Under the pieces are notes generated by a model. The model had not been told where the DNA came from, made no database searches, and saw nothing but the letters and a program-made list of their open reading frames with translations. This document shows positions 21,574 through 33,700 of a stretch of 64,000 bases of DNA, piece by piece (position 1 is the stretch's first letter; the number at the start of each line of letters is the position of its first letter). Source of the DNA: Paramoeba atlantica (taxonomy: Eukaryota; Protista; Discosea); NCBI GenBank assembly GCA_977017575.1, contig CDRNVI010000065.1, positions 62,001 to 126,000 of the forward strand, written 5' to 3'. Both the position numbers and the translations under genes were made by a program.

Positions 21574-23064
21574 CTACGTGGATTCTACAGGAAAATTCCT
21601 CTCCGGTCGTAGTTTGAGAGCAGTGAAAAAAGTTAAAATAGCTGCTATAGCGTAAAGTATAAAAACAGAACTTAGATTCGTTGGGAAAGGGAGCGGGCAA
21701 GCCCAAAATTCGTGTTCTTGTGAAGCAGACCAGGCAAAAACAGAGCAAGCAAATGTTGGCACAAAGAATAAAAGCAGGCTTTGTATCGAAGTCCCTACTG
21801 CTGATACACGCGCAAGATATGACTTGTGAGTGCAAAAATTCGACATCACAAGCGTGGCGTTAAACATAATATGTCCGAATATTTGTCTCGCTAGACCCAT
21901 TACAACAGTCAAGGCAACCAGGTTTACGTACTGAGGAAGAAATGAAAGAAACGGAATAGAATTGTAAAGTGGTATTGTAAGGAGAATCGTCCACAGCGTG
22001 CATTCCCGGTAACCATATCTCGTAGTGATGATCGGTGCCAAGTATGAGGCGATAATCATGATTGCCCCTTGTATAGCGCTCATTATACCAATACCATCGG
22101 TACCCATTCCGTATCCACCTTCAGATTGCGGCAACATTAGGAGTAGAGGAAATACTTCTGCTCCAACGCACCTCAGACCACTCGCCATGGCAAAAAGTAA
22201 AGTCACCCGCAATAGTTGTGTTTGATTTGTCAATACGTATTGAATAAAAGTCTTCTCTGCTGGAATAGGATGAGTGCTCTTATGCGTAGTCGAGTCTTCG
22301 TCCTGTAAGGGTAGAGATACGGTAGACGAAGAATGAGAATCAGTGTTATTGTGGCAGCTCTTGTCAGGCGTCTCCTGAGTAGAGGTAGACAGTTTTTCAG
22401 CTTTCAATACTTGCTTTTGCAGTCTGAATTCGATAAAAAGAGTGCATAGGGCGCATAAATTGAGTAGCGATGCAATAAGATTAGGCAGTAAAAAAGGAAA
22501 CCACTGTAGTCCAGGTATTGCTCGCCCAATGGCGTCGTATTTCGTAGCAGCGTAGCTAAGCGACCCCGCGAGTGCAGGAGCAATAACGTTAACTATGCCC
22601 CATATGGCACCAATGTAACTTAGAGGATACGCACTGCGTTCAGGAGAAAGAATATATGCTAGCCGAACTTTTGCTAAAAGCACTGTGCCGTTACAAAAAC
22701 CATAAAGAAGACAAATGGAAAGAGCCCACCAATATGTAGGGCATATTGCGAAAATTATAGGAAGGATCACACCTGAGGCACACGTTAGCATCATGGGGGC
22801 CATTGTGCCGTAGTAGTCCACAGCAAATCCAAGAGGGATGCCGTTTAGAAAACGACCCAAGAAGAAGACGCCATTGAGTGCACCTGCATAATATCCTACT
22901 TTTGCTTTCGGTAATTCAGGGTGGAACTCTTTTGCCATATAACCCGAGTAGGAGAACAGCCCAGCAACATACCAGAAACCTGCTAGGCACATAACGTAAA
23001 CCGATATTACGCTTTGACGCTCCCATCGTTGTCGGAGATTTTCTGGTGACATGTGGCGTGTCAT
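21574..23064 (-). CDS. Major facilitator superfamily transporter (ZIFL/TCR-like)
   Basis: About 12 hydrophobic segments in a 6+6 arrangement with a hydrophilic central loop; motif-A-like GFAVDYYGTM and GYYAGALNGVFFLGRF. Confidence 0.85.
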   Translation of the reverse strand: MTRHMSPENLRQRWERQSVISVYVMCLAGFWYVAGLFSYSGYMAKEFHPELPKAKVGYYAGALNGVFFLGRFLNGIPLGFAVDYYGTMAPMMLTCASGVILPIIFAICPTYWWALSICLLYGFCNGTVLLAKVRLAYILSPERSAYPLSYIGAIWGIVNVIAPALAGSLSYAATKYDAIGRAIPGLQWFPFLLPNLIASLLNLCALCTLFIEFRLQKQVLKAEKLSTSTQETPDKSCHNNTDSHSSSTVSLPLQDEDSTTHKSTHPIPAEKTFIQYVLTNQTQLLRVTLLFAMASGLRCVGAEVFPLLLMLPQSEGGYGMGTDGIGIMSAIQGAIMIIASYLAPIITTRYGYRECTLWTILLTIPLYNSIPFLSFLPQYVNLVALTVVMGLARQIFGHIMFNATLVMSNFCTHKSYLARVSAVGTSIQSLLLFFVPTFACSVFAWSASQEHEFWACPLPFPTNLSSVFILYAIAAILTFFTALKLRPERNFPVEST

Positions 23065-23830
23065 AACTTGAAAAGTTAAGATCTACGATCCAACAGTCAT
23101 AAATCAAGATATTTTTTGACAATGCAGATAAAAAAAATAATTCTCCAATTCTAAAAGAAGTAAATTACGTGCTACATAGTACAAATGTATTATTCGTCTA
23201 AAAATTCAGCAAGATTAGTTACGTTCGATATAAAAGTAGCAAACTCAGTTAAATAATAAGAAATAGTTAAACCTTTTTTAAATTTAACTAAGTTTGGGGA
23301 GCAGTAACTCCATTATAAAACGCGACGTTCATAGGAGCGCCAAATTCAGCAAAAAAGTTAAACACTTCGCATAGTATCAATTGTTTGGATACTGTATGTC
23401 TAACATTGCACTGTAGATAAAATACAATAACTAGAAATGAGCAAACGAATACAACCTTTTAGTAGCATCTATAAACTACTACGATGATAACAAAAAGATT
23501 GTTCGGGACAAAAACTTTTTACAAGATTCGGCTCGAAAAACGTATTCCACATTCATGTTAAAAAGCCCAAAGCGCAAAAGGTACCCCGATCTCCAATCTT
23601 CTAATAGCAACTACAGAAGTAGGTAAAGAAGAGGCTTGTGACATCTGCCACATGGGAGTTCGGATAGAACAAAGGGGACAAATATTTACATGTACAAAGT
23701 ACATTCTACACAGTAAATACTCTATCAAAATAAGGATTCATACAATATCAGAGTTAATAAATAAATAACAAAATTTTTAATAGCTAAACTGGAAGAATCC
23801 CATAACAGGCCTTCTTCAAATCAATAAATG

Positions 23831-25282
23831 TTATGGTACCACGCTTTTACATTTCGTCTCGGAGAAGCACTGCCAGACTCCAAAACGATTGTTGAAAAAC
23901 ATATTTTTAGAAGTACGTGACTTGCCGTGGATCGCGCACGTCACGACAACATCGATATCGGGGGTCGCGACAACAGGCCGAGGGTTGTGTGGGCACTGGG
24001 TCGCCTTGTGACCGACCCCGCGGCATGCAAAACATGTCAGTCCAGCGGAACCAGCCCCTGCATTCGGAGTGCTCGCACTGAGGTCAAGGGGAAAAAATAA
24101 GCTTGGATGCATTCCATTTCGCACGGCGTCAACGGATGGTAACCCGTAGGGAAGGTGCTGGAAGGGAGATGACAGCCCTTCATGCTGAAAAGGAAAAACG
24201 TGTGCGTTCATCAATGGTGGCGGATTCGTGTGAAACGGCACCTGAAGAGGAGGAGGGGGGTACATACCACCTGCTAACGGTGCGACAGAGGATTTCCTAT
24301 AAGAAGAAAATGGAGTCATCCTGTTCGGTGGATGATCTTGTTGACGAGGACCTGTCTGAAAAATTCGAGAGTTCGAATCACTCCTTGTGTTCTTCGCGGT
24401 ACAACCGCCAGTTTCATGAATAATGTTAAGCTTTGAAGACGGAACACGAGTTTGATTTTCTTCTAACACTTGAACAACAGAAACTGATGAAGCTTCCAGC
24501 ACTGCTTTTCTTGCTGTCGAGGCTTGAGTGGGAGATGTAAAGTATGGCCGACTTTTATGATTGGGACATTCCTTGTCGTAGGCGTCGTGAGGATGATCTT
24601 GGGATATATTCAAGGACGGTGTATGTGGTTTTGTTTCTGGATCTTGTTGAAAAGATTCGCCTACAGTTGCAGCTGGTAGCATGAACTTTGTCGGATAAGT
24701 GAGTTTTTTAGAGTTGTTATGCCAAGCTACCGGAGCAGGGGCCGTAGATGGAACGTTGGACAAGTCCCCAATTTCTTTATCCGATTTATCCGGGTTCGTC
24801 ACTTCTTTTTTCTGCCCTAATTCAATATTCATGAGGTCTCTTGCGAGAAGTTGAATAGAGACGTTTTTCTTGGAACTTCGAATCTCTAAAGGTGAGATTG
24901 GGGTAGAAGTACTTCCCCTTGAGAAATAATTCCAACCGTCAACACGTGTTTCCTCATTGGATTCGACATTGTCATGAAAAGGTGTATTGAACCCTTCTTC
25001 GGAGAACACCTCATGTTCTTCGAAGCTTTGTGCTCTTGTCAAAGGAGATGGAACACTGAATGCTTCCTCAATAAGACTTTCATTGGGGGTCCCACCAGAC
25101 GTAAAAGAAGAAGTTTCGGAGACCGGAGAACTAGTCATAGAAAGTCGTTCGGAATGCGTCAAAAAATCAATGTTGTACCGTTCGTTGCGTTCAGTCTCCA
25201 TTACAGTGCACAAATCATTTCGCAGGGGGCAAAACATTTTATTGTCCATTTTGACGTGCGTATTACTTGATCCAGGATCCAT
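23831..25282 (-). CDS. Low-complexity protein with a C-terminal CCHC zinc knuckle and a second Cys/His motif
   Basis: CFACRGVGHKATQC (CX2CX4HX4C), then TCAIHGKSRTSKNM...WQCFSETKC. Confidence 0.75.
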   Translation of the reverse strand: MDPGSSNTHVKMDNKMFCPLRNDLCTVMETERNERYNIDFLTHSERLSMTSSPVSETSSFTSGGTPNESLIEEAFSVPSPLTRAQSFEEHEVFSEEGFNTPFHDNVESNEETRVDGWNYFSRGSTSTPISPLEIRSSKKNVSIQLLARDLMNIELGQKKEVTNPDKSDKEIGDLSNVPSTAPAPVAWHNNSKKLTYPTKFMLPAATVGESFQQDPETKPHTPSLNISQDHPHDAYDKECPNHKSRPYFTSPTQASTARKAVLEASSVSVVQVLEENQTRVPSSKLNIIHETGGCTAKNTRSDSNSRIFQTGPRQQDHPPNRMTPFSSYRKSSVAPLAGGMYPPPPLQVPFHTNPPPLMNAHVFPFQHEGLSSPFQHLPYGLPSVDAVRNGMHPSLFFPLDLSASTPNAGAGSAGLTCFACRGVGHKATQCPHNPRPVVATPDIDVVVTCAIHGKSRTSKNMFFNNRFGVWQCFSETKCKSVVP

Positions 25283-25805
25283 CACTTCATATCAAAAGTG
25301 AGATTTCCGAATAAAAAAATATAAATAGCGGTTTATGCTTGATGGACGGCAACCGACGGTTAAAGCAGTCCGATGTTAAGAACAAACCATTCATTTGATG
25401 CTTTGAAAGAAATTGTTTACCATATTTTCACAATGACCCTGCACACATTGAGAGCAATAATTTGAACGAGCCAGACCCAAACGATCTTCGTATTGGGTCT
25501 ATTAATAGGAGTATTAGTTAAACGAGTTACAAGAATACGTATATCTTTGCTCATCAGTATATTGATACATGCTTTGTATAAGCCATCTCATACATTGATA
25601 GTATTCACTATAAATTAAGAATTGTCACGTTTTCTCATGCATTTTTGAGAAAGATAATAGAGCATACAATATAAATGAGGGGCTGTACAGTAGGTTGAAT
25701 AATAGAGACTCGATAGAAGTAAAAATAACCAGAAATATCAGATCATAGTTTCGTAAGAGAATTTTATTTTTCACAGTTTCATTTGACAAATTGCGATGCC
25801 AAAGA

Positions 25806-27941
25806 TTACGTCAAATTTTCGCGGGTGCGTGAGTATATCGAAAACTGTGCAGAACGACGGGAATTGGCGTCACCCATTCCACTCGAGATATTCGCTCTAC
25901 CTCGGCTTGCTCGATTGTGGACAATTTCGTCGGTGCTGGAATGCCCGTAAATACCACTTCCTTCACCATCTCTGGACCGCATCAGGTACGACTTTGCTTT
26001 TCCAGATTCGTTCACGTATTTGTTGGAATGCTTTTGGCCGGAATGAAGTATCTGACGATTGTATCCTTTGACGGAACCAAGCTCTGTATTACCTGCTTCC
26101 GAATTCGAATATAGGGACGTCCGCGACTTATTACCGTTTCTTTCTGTCGCACGATGCGGGGAAGGGACGATGATTTCGGGAAGTATCGCTTCCAAGAGTT
26201 TACGAACCTCATTACTCGGTGTTCTTGCAGCCCAAAAGACGGGAGGTGGTAAAGGAAGCACCTTCGTGGGATGTGGCACATGTGCTTTTGAATCCCGCGC
26301 TGCAGAAAAATCGCGTTGCAACCATTCTTTTGAAGGTAGGGATTCTATCCCCGAATTCGACGAACCTAATCCCTGCCGTTTATTTCGCGATAGTACTTGA
26401 CGAGAGAACGGGATACCTTCCGAAGCAGTGGCTGCCCCTTCTTGTTCGGAGTTTATTTCGGAATTCAGGTCAATCAGTTCAGAAACTCGAAGTCCCTTTC
26501 CACTATCCGCTCGGAAACTTCCTGAAGTAATGCGTGCGTAATTTACTCCACACCCGCTTTGCACGATTGATGCCGGCTTTACACTTGGCGAATTTTTCTC
26601 TGTACGTTGGTTCACTGGGAGAGGTGTTTCGGAGATTGAAAGATCGTTTTCATACACTTCAGGACGTGCAGATTTTTCAAGAATAGGGATAGAGTTGAAG
26701 CCTTTTTGAGCTGCAGCAGCGTATGATCTCGGTCCGGCCAAACTTTTAGAACTTGTCCCAAGTGGTCCTGAACTTGAAGGCATATTTGAGAGATTTCGAA
26801 GCAAGGTGGTACTGTCATTCGACGTTTCTTGGCCCCCAGCGGAAACTTGGCGCTCGGAAGAAACTTTCGAGAAATGTAAATCCGAAGATGATTTCCCCCT
26901 TGAAGGCTCATGAGGTGCTGCATGAACGTTCAGACTGCTCCCTGACACTAGGCCACTGGACGTCCCTGCAGCAAAGGATGATAAGCTGGCCTGAAGAGTA
27001 GACGTGGTGGAATTGTACGTGGTGGAAGACCCTCGAAAAGACGAAGAGCGCGTTGTTTGCCGGGTTTGTCGAACAGGTACATAGTCGGTCACCATTTTAT
27101 CATTGATGGATTCTTGTGACGAGGGTTGAGATGGTCTGCTAAACGATGGCCCCGATTCGAAATCATAGAAATGTGTGCCTTCAGAGGGCAACACTGCGTT
27201 TCCTACATTTGTGTTGTGAGGTTCCGCCTGAAAACTGTAGGGATCGTGCTCGGAGCCATAGTATGCACCCTCAGACTCTCCGAACGAGGCGTACACGTTT
27301 TCTGGGTATTCCTGACTTTGCAGGTAACCGGAATGGTCATCATGTCCCGCTTGAGAGACTGCAGCAAAGGTATCCCACATGGCAGAATTGGAGTGAGCGA
27401 ACTGAGCGTTGTATACATCGACGTTTCCGTAGTTCCCAACCATCGCCCCGCTTGTATCCGACATCATTCTGGTGTGCATAGAAGTGGAGTGCTTCGAATT
27501 TGCGGCGTCGTGAGCTGAGTGAGCCGCGCCCGATTCTGAACTCACGAGAACGTCTACGCTGGACTGCTTGTTAAGTGCGGTAAACGTGTTCTTCGCATTC
27601 AAATTGAAAACCATACCCTTGACGTTGGTGGATCCATCACTGTCCTTTGTTAAATTAGCGTCTTTTGGGAGCTCGTGCAGATAAGTACAAGAGCTACCGC
27701 GCGAACAGCCTCCGTGTAAGAAGAACTTACACACACGGCTTTCTTGCGCGTTGCTCAAGTCAATAGAAGGAGGAAAGAAACTAGGCAAAGATGACTCTTG
27801 CGGAGGAGTATCAATGTAAGAAAATTCGTTGCTACTGGAAGTCTGAGTGACAGACTGAACCGCAACTGGCCCTTTCCATGGTGAGGCGTTCACGTTGAGG
27901 CCAATTTCAGCGGCTAATGTATTCTCGTTCTCCGTGTACAT
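25806..27941 (-). CDS. CCCH zinc-finger RNA-binding protein (ZC3H-type)
   Basis: CKFFLHGGCSRGSSCTYLH (CX7CX5CX3H) in a long Ser-rich disordered chain. Start moved to ATG 27941. Confidence 0.8.
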   Translation of the reverse strand: MYTENENTLAAEIGLNVNASPWKGPVAVQSVTQTSSSNEFSYIDTPPQESSLPSFFPPSIDLSNAQESRVCKFFLHGGCSRGSSCTYLHELPKDANLTKDSDGSTNVKGMVFNLNAKNTFTALNKQSSVDVLVSSESGAAHSAHDAANSKHSTSMHTRMMSDTSGAMVGNYGNVDVYNAQFAHSNSAMWDTFAAVSQAGHDDHSGYLQSQEYPENVYASFGESEGAYYGSEHDPYSFQAEPHNTNVGNAVLPSEGTHFYDFESGPSFSRPSQPSSQESINDKMVTDYVPVRQTRQTTRSSSFRGSSTTYNSTTSTLQASLSSFAAGTSSGLVSGSSLNVHAAPHEPSRGKSSSDLHFSKVSSERQVSAGGQETSNDSTTLLRNLSNMPSSSGPLGTSSKSLAGPRSYAAAAQKGFNSIPILEKSARPEVYENDLSISETPLPVNQRTEKNSPSVKPASIVQSGCGVNYARITSGSFRADSGKGLRVSELIDLNSEINSEQEGAATASEGIPFSRQVLSRNKRQGLGSSNSGIESLPSKEWLQRDFSAARDSKAHVPHPTKVLPLPPPVFWAARTPSNEVRKLLEAILPEIIVPSPHRATERNGNKSRTSLYSNSEAGNTELGSVKGYNRQILHSGQKHSNKYVNESGKAKSYLMRSRDGEGSGIYGHSSTDEIVHNRASRGRANISSGMGDANSRRSAQFSIYSRTRENLT

Positions 27942-28317
27942 GTAAAAGCTAGTCGAAATTTTCACAAGGTTTTAAATCATGTAGAACAAAACTATGTTTC
28001 ACCGGTCCGTTCTACTCTACGACACATTATCGATTTATTTAGAATTCAAGAATATTTCATAAAATATAAATTTATTAAAAATAGATTTTTTTTGTTTCAA
28101 TTTAGTGCGGTTCTACTCTACTATTCTTTGCTACTATCCTATTCTCTGCTTTGTTTTATAGCCATTTTACCTTTTATCCTTTAAACATTACCTTTTTAAC
28201 ATTTTTTCAGCGTTCACTAACCTTATTATTCAAAAACCTTTTATTCATTACCCATACCAGTAGTACAGGAACGTGTAATAGTTATAGGACGGTCGCAGGT
28301 ATGCATACAATTATTGC

Positions 28318-29403
28318 TCAAGGCAACCCAAACTTTACCCCAGGAGGCAATCGTTGCATAGCCTTCGCAACAAGTATAGACGTCTCAGGAACTACTTTCC
28401 ATACCAGAAGCTCTGTGTTAATGAACTGGAGACAGCTCTCCCTGTAGTATTGCTCCACACGGGCCTTTAGGTCAGACCCAATGCGCCTATAGTTAATTGA
28501 GGGTGTAAGCCAAAACTCAACGGCATTTAGCGAGGCGCATACGAGTACAAAAGTGCACCCTACTTCACGAGCGTGATTTTGTAAGAGTGCATTAAAGAAC
28601 CTTGCCATACCTTGCCCTTTGAAGGAACGACTGGTACAAAAAAACTGAATCTCCATGAAACGCAAATTGGAAGCCATGGAGCGGTGAATTTGCCCGCTCG
28701 CCGCACATATGACCGCTTGTGACTCCTTTTGACGCAAGATCCAGTGAAAAGGACCGGCGAAAACGGTTCGCGTCCGAGTAGAACGGTTGGAATTCGGTCG
28801 AACAACTTTGCGAAAGGTTGCTGGGTCCGGATCTTGAAAATGCGTGCTGTATAGCTCCACGACATCGTTGCACTGTGCGGGAGTGTTAACGATTTCGAGT
28901 GACATACGGTAGTGTGCTTGAGGAAGGGCAGTGGTCGTAAGCGAATTACGAACAGAGTCCGATCTTGCCTGAGTAGTACATCCAGTATGTACGCTAGAAT
29001 TAAATTTTTTGGTGGATGACCTAGATTCTGTCGTTGCCTTGTAAAAAGGTTCCGTGGCCAGAGAGGCGAGTGACCACCCGCTCGACGGAGCCATCGCATC
29101 TTCTGTTTTGATTGCGTTTGTCGAGAAATTATTCCGTCGAGAATTCTCTCGTAACAACGCAGAGGCAGCCGCCCGTGACGGACCTCCTAAAGGGTGGTAC
29201 TGATTGTCGAGGTAGGACCGTGGCATCTCCCCTTTTTCGACAAGACCTCGTCGCAACGAATCCAAGAAAGTGGGATCAAGAAAAGGGTCCGGGTAGAGTC
29301 TTGCGAGCTCTCTTCGTTTGTCACGACATCCGGTTAGCCATTGAGCTCTTAGTATTCCAATATCTGGTGAAGAAAATCCCGAAGGAACAATGATATCCGC
29401 CAT
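28318..29403 (-). CDS. Protein with a C-terminal GNAT acetyltransferase domain
   Basis: MEIQFFCTSRSFKGQGMARFF (acetyl-CoA loop), followed by VLVCASLNAVEFW. Start moved to ATG 29403. Confidence 0.7.
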   Translation of the reverse strand: MADIIVPSGFSSPDIGILRAQWLTGCRDKRRELARLYPDPFLDPTFLDSLRRGLVEKGEMPRSYLDNQYHPLGGPSRAAASALLRENSRRNNFSTNAIKTEDAMAPSSGWSLASLATEPFYKATTESRSSTKKFNSSVHTGCTTQARSDSVRNSLTTTALPQAHYRMSLEIVNTPAQCNDVVELYSTHFQDPDPATFRKVVRPNSNRSTRTRTVFAGPFHWILRQKESQAVICAASGQIHRSMASNLRFMEIQFFCTSRSFKGQGMARFFNALLQNHAREVGCTFVLVCASLNAVEFWLTPSINYRRIGSDLKARVEQYYRESCLQFINTELLVWKVVPETSILVAKAMQRLPPGVKFGLP

Positions 29404-29934
29404 TGGGCGTAATGTAGCTGTGGAGAAACAGTGCTCTAATTTTGTGAAGACACTGAAATATGAATAGGTGGTACCTGACAACACATCACTGGGGAAAGTA
29501 ATAGAAAAAGGATATTAACATTATTGACCAGACTTAACAGTCAATAAGCGAATGTGGTGAGAAACTAATATGGGGATAGGAAAATAAGATCCTTCATGTC
29601 CATGTCAGAAAAAAAATATTCCATGTGCATGTATCTGGAAACTACTTACTGGGGTGTTCTGTGTAGAAAAAAATTCATATGTGTAGCACGCTGACACCTG
29701 ATTGATAGGATTTTGCCCACATCACGGTACTTATGTCACATAAGTTGGCGCGTCTACAGTTACTAAAGTTCTAAATGAAAAATGCAGGAGAAAAAATATT
29801 TGCGTGGTGATATGAAGCAAAATAATGTATTGTAAGCTAATACTTAGCAAAACTGTTTAGGTGATCAAATAGTCTCATGATGAAAAAGTACACAAAAGCT
29901 GTGCAATATTCCATGCCTAGTGTAAATCGACTGA

Positions 29935-30390
29935 TTAGTTTGGTTGGGAATTTCCATCTTTCTCAGTTGAAGTTTGAGTGAGCTTGTCGAGAGCATCTTT
30001 TACAGCAGTAATTGCGGCCCCTTCAATACGTTCCACAATCTTTTCTTTGTGAAGAACGACAAACGTTGGAACGGCTCGCACGGAGAATTTCTTTGCAATA
30101 ATGGAATTCGAGTCGACGTCGGCAGAGTAGAACTTCGCCATAGGATATTGCTCGCTCAAAATTTTATACTGCGGAACCACTGCCTTACAAGGCCCGCACC
30201 ACTGAGCACTAAAGTCAAGGACAACTATCTCATTTTTGCTGAGTTCAAAAGGATCAGGATCGGATGCCGTGTACGAGTGTACGATCGACCGTCTCGCTAA
30301 GAGGTGCACAGAAGACACTGATGAGAATTCGAAAGCTCCTAAAGGAGAAAGGGGTTTGTAACGACACTTCAGCAGGGTCAGGGATTTCAT
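29935..30390 (-). CDS. Thioredoxin, probably mitochondrial
   Basis: VVLDFSAQWCGPCK active site and VRAVPTF; basic/hydroxylated N-terminal extension. Confidence 0.88.
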   Translation of the reverse strand: MKSLTLLKCRYKPLSPLGAFEFSSVSSVHLLARRSIVHSYTASDPDPFELSKNEIVVLDFSAQWCGPCKAVVPQYKILSEQYPMAKFYSADVDSNSIIAKKFSVRAVPTFVVLHKEKIVERIEGAAITAVKDALDKLTQTSTEKDGNSQPN

Positions 30391-30765
30391 TTTATGCCTT
30401 CTGTCACGAGCAAAATATCAAATAGAGTTTAAAAAAATGTCTTTTAGCATAAAAGATAGATGAAACAACAGCTACATATTTTCGTGACTCTTTTCATGTA
30501 ATATAATTCAATTTATCATTCTGACCACTTTCATGCATGTAAGTCTGACTACTGTTCAAAATCGAATCGACATCCATTATATTTTGCAACATGAATCCAT
30601 ATTTAGCATAATGTGCACCATATTTTGCGCGCATTTCATTGGGATTAAAATACACATACTTGTTTTTCGCTTTGAACTTGAAAACAAAAGCACCATTCCG
30701 TTTTGGAGCTAACTAAAAGGCAGAAAAGAAATTCCAAAATGCTTTTTTTATAACTTTACTACGAT

Positions 30766-33700
30766 TCAGCAATTTAGTGCACATTTCAAGATCGCTGTAT
30801 GTTGACTAATTTCATATGCTGGGGAATATGAAATAGTTGCGCTAATCTTTTCGATATGATGGAGTAACGTAGAGCAGTGTGCTCGGAGTTGTTTTTGCAT
30901 AATAGAGCCGCCACTACTACCTCTGTTCGAATCTGCCAAAGATGTAGCTTCATTTGCACGTTCACTTTGAGACGAAACTTCGTGCATCTCACGTAAAATA
31001 ACACTTACAGCTATTTCAGAGCAACACACAGCTATCAAGAGAGGAGATTCAAGATCGTTCTCACGAAAATGTGGAGGATCATCATTCTTCAAAGACTTTC
31101 TTTCTTGAACAGCGAATTGCAGTTCAGGCACCCAATCGGCTATCTTCTGCACGCAGTTCAACAGCGGCACTATCAACTGTTCCCCTAGGGGAATATAGCG
31201 AGAGGCTGGCTCAGAAAACAGATTGCTAGCCTGAGCGCATATTCCACACAAATTGCGTAAAATGTTGCTGACGTGCCAGGGAACACATTCAAAAAGGAGT
31301 GGTGCGGATAGAAGGGACTCGAAAATAGCCCGCATGTCAAAAACAGGAAGTATTGAATCACTTGCATCTTGCAAGGGCTCAGTAAGCGATAGTAGATAAA
31401 TAAGACGGGTTACACGTTCTAAAAATCCTACTCTTCTAGTCAAGGAGAGCTCAATGGCAGTGGATGGTGTGCCATCCTCCGGAATGACAATGCTGTTGAG
31501 ATCACAACCTATATGACAGTGTTGCACGGACAGAGCTACTGTTGCGGCATTCCTTGATCCAGGTCCCAAAAACTCAAGGAGGTCGGAAGAACAGCGAACA
31601 CAGCCACTGCTTAACAGGGGCATGATTGAAGAAATTGTCTCTGCAGTTGTGACGATATTCGACCATTGCTCTTGCACGTGAAACTCGCTTAACATTGTGC
31701 ACATAAGCTCCAACAATGGAGAAAATAGTGCGCATGTTCCTTCAACACGTTGAGGAGTAGAACCAAGAAGCTGTACAGTTTCGATGGTAGCCATTCCTTT
31801 GATAAGATGAGATGTACGAATTTGCTGCATGGCGTCTAGCACGCGGTATATCAATTTCGGACGTTTGCTGTCCGTTCCGCTGAACATTAATTGTAGGGAA
31901 AACAGTTCGGAGAAGCGCTCTGCTATTCGTGTATATCCACTATCGCGCCACTTGGCCTCGCTTTCACTGGTTAAAAGATTGTAGAGCTCTACATTTAATT
32001 TGGCCCAACCGTGCGTAAACAGTGTAGTCAAGGGAGAAGTTAGCATGGTACCGTCCAATGCTTCTATGTACGATTCCGCAAGGGTCGGGTGGGAGATCAA
32101 CTGCGTCATAATTATGATGCTCTGCTCGGGGAAAGGAAGATCCTCTCCGCTTAAAGTGCATAGACAGCCCTTGACAAGGTGTGACACGATAATTGAAGCT
32201 TGGTATTTCAAGATTTTGCATTGATTATGAGTCAATCCTGTACTTAGGAGTGTTGAAAACATGCTCAGTACGTGGAAGTATGATGTAAACTCAGCAAAAG
32301 AAATTACTGCTTCCACCAGCGACTTGCAAATGGCCACCTGAAAATCATCGTCCACGGAGTGCAGGGCATCGTGCGAAAACAGAAAGTCGAGCATAACATT
32401 CGCACTAGTTAGAAGGTCTAGAACGGTCTTCTCCAGTGCCTGTTTGTCTTTTATGTAGCCTCTAACCTTTTCGACAACAATGAAGACCTGCACAATACTG
32501 CTCTTAAAGAAGTGGCAAATTAAAGTATCCTCAACTGCAGACGAACTGTATGCAAGCGTCACATCTGCCCATCCTTGGCAAAATGCAAGTATTTCGTATT
32601 GAAGAAACATGTTTTTGTTTTCAATAGATAGCTCTCGCAGGTAGGATTCGTAGTCATCACCAGCTAAAGCCCTGGCTCCATAAATATCTAAATCATGCTC
32701 AACTGTTCCAGTAAGAAAATTTTTGCGCGGATATTCCGAAAAATTGGGCAACGATTTAGTCTCAGGTAACATTTCGATGGAGAGAGGTAGCCAATTAGAA
32801 AGATCTGGAAGATTTTCCGTCAATAAGTATCCCATGCGTATACAAGTAGCTGTGCAATGCATCGCCCATCCTACTTGATTCCACCGCAGACTGCTGAAAT
32901 GCTCCATTACCATTCCTGCTATGCGAATAAACGGGTCTCTAGTTTGCTGCAAGAGAAAATCTGATACGATATGCGTATAAGACAACAGCGTTGCTAGACA
33001 TTCAAGACACAAGCTATGATAGAGAGGCTGATCTAAAGCGATTTGAACTGATTGTGCGTCTTCTATCAAAAGTAAGAGACTTCCTCTTGTAAACTTTGTG
33101 GAACTCGCAGCTAATCCCAGAATTATAGAACTCATTGACGGAAGGGGAAGATGTATCAACTGAATTATATGCTGGAGCAAAAGACTTTTCATACCCCACA
33201 ACATGCACTCTTCAAGCTGCTCAATCGAAAACATTTTTCCCCCAAGTTTACCAAACCGTGCGTTGGACTGTGATCCACACATCCAATCAAGCGTATTCAG
33301 CCACAACCGAGGATTCCACAGGAAGACCTTCCCTGGCTCAAAGACCAACGAAGAACTGCTCATGCACGAAAAGACAAAAGAGAAATCTTCGCATGCAACG
33401 GCGTCCTTTCCTTGAGCGCACAAATCTCGGGCTAGTGATCCTACCATACCATAGTGGACCCAAATTTCGCAAAGAAAAATCAGTGACATACAACGAACAG
33501 AAGTGTCCTCAAAGCGCAGATTTCGTATAACGGAATATATTAATTGAGAATTTCGACAAACTCGTCGAGAAACTTCTTCCATTTGAGATCCGGATAAAGG
33601 TGCATGGAATGAGATGACAAAAAGCCAATGCACCATCGACGATACAGCAGTAGAAAACGATTGTGGAAGGTAATCCGCAGATGACAAGTTCTCTCCCAAG

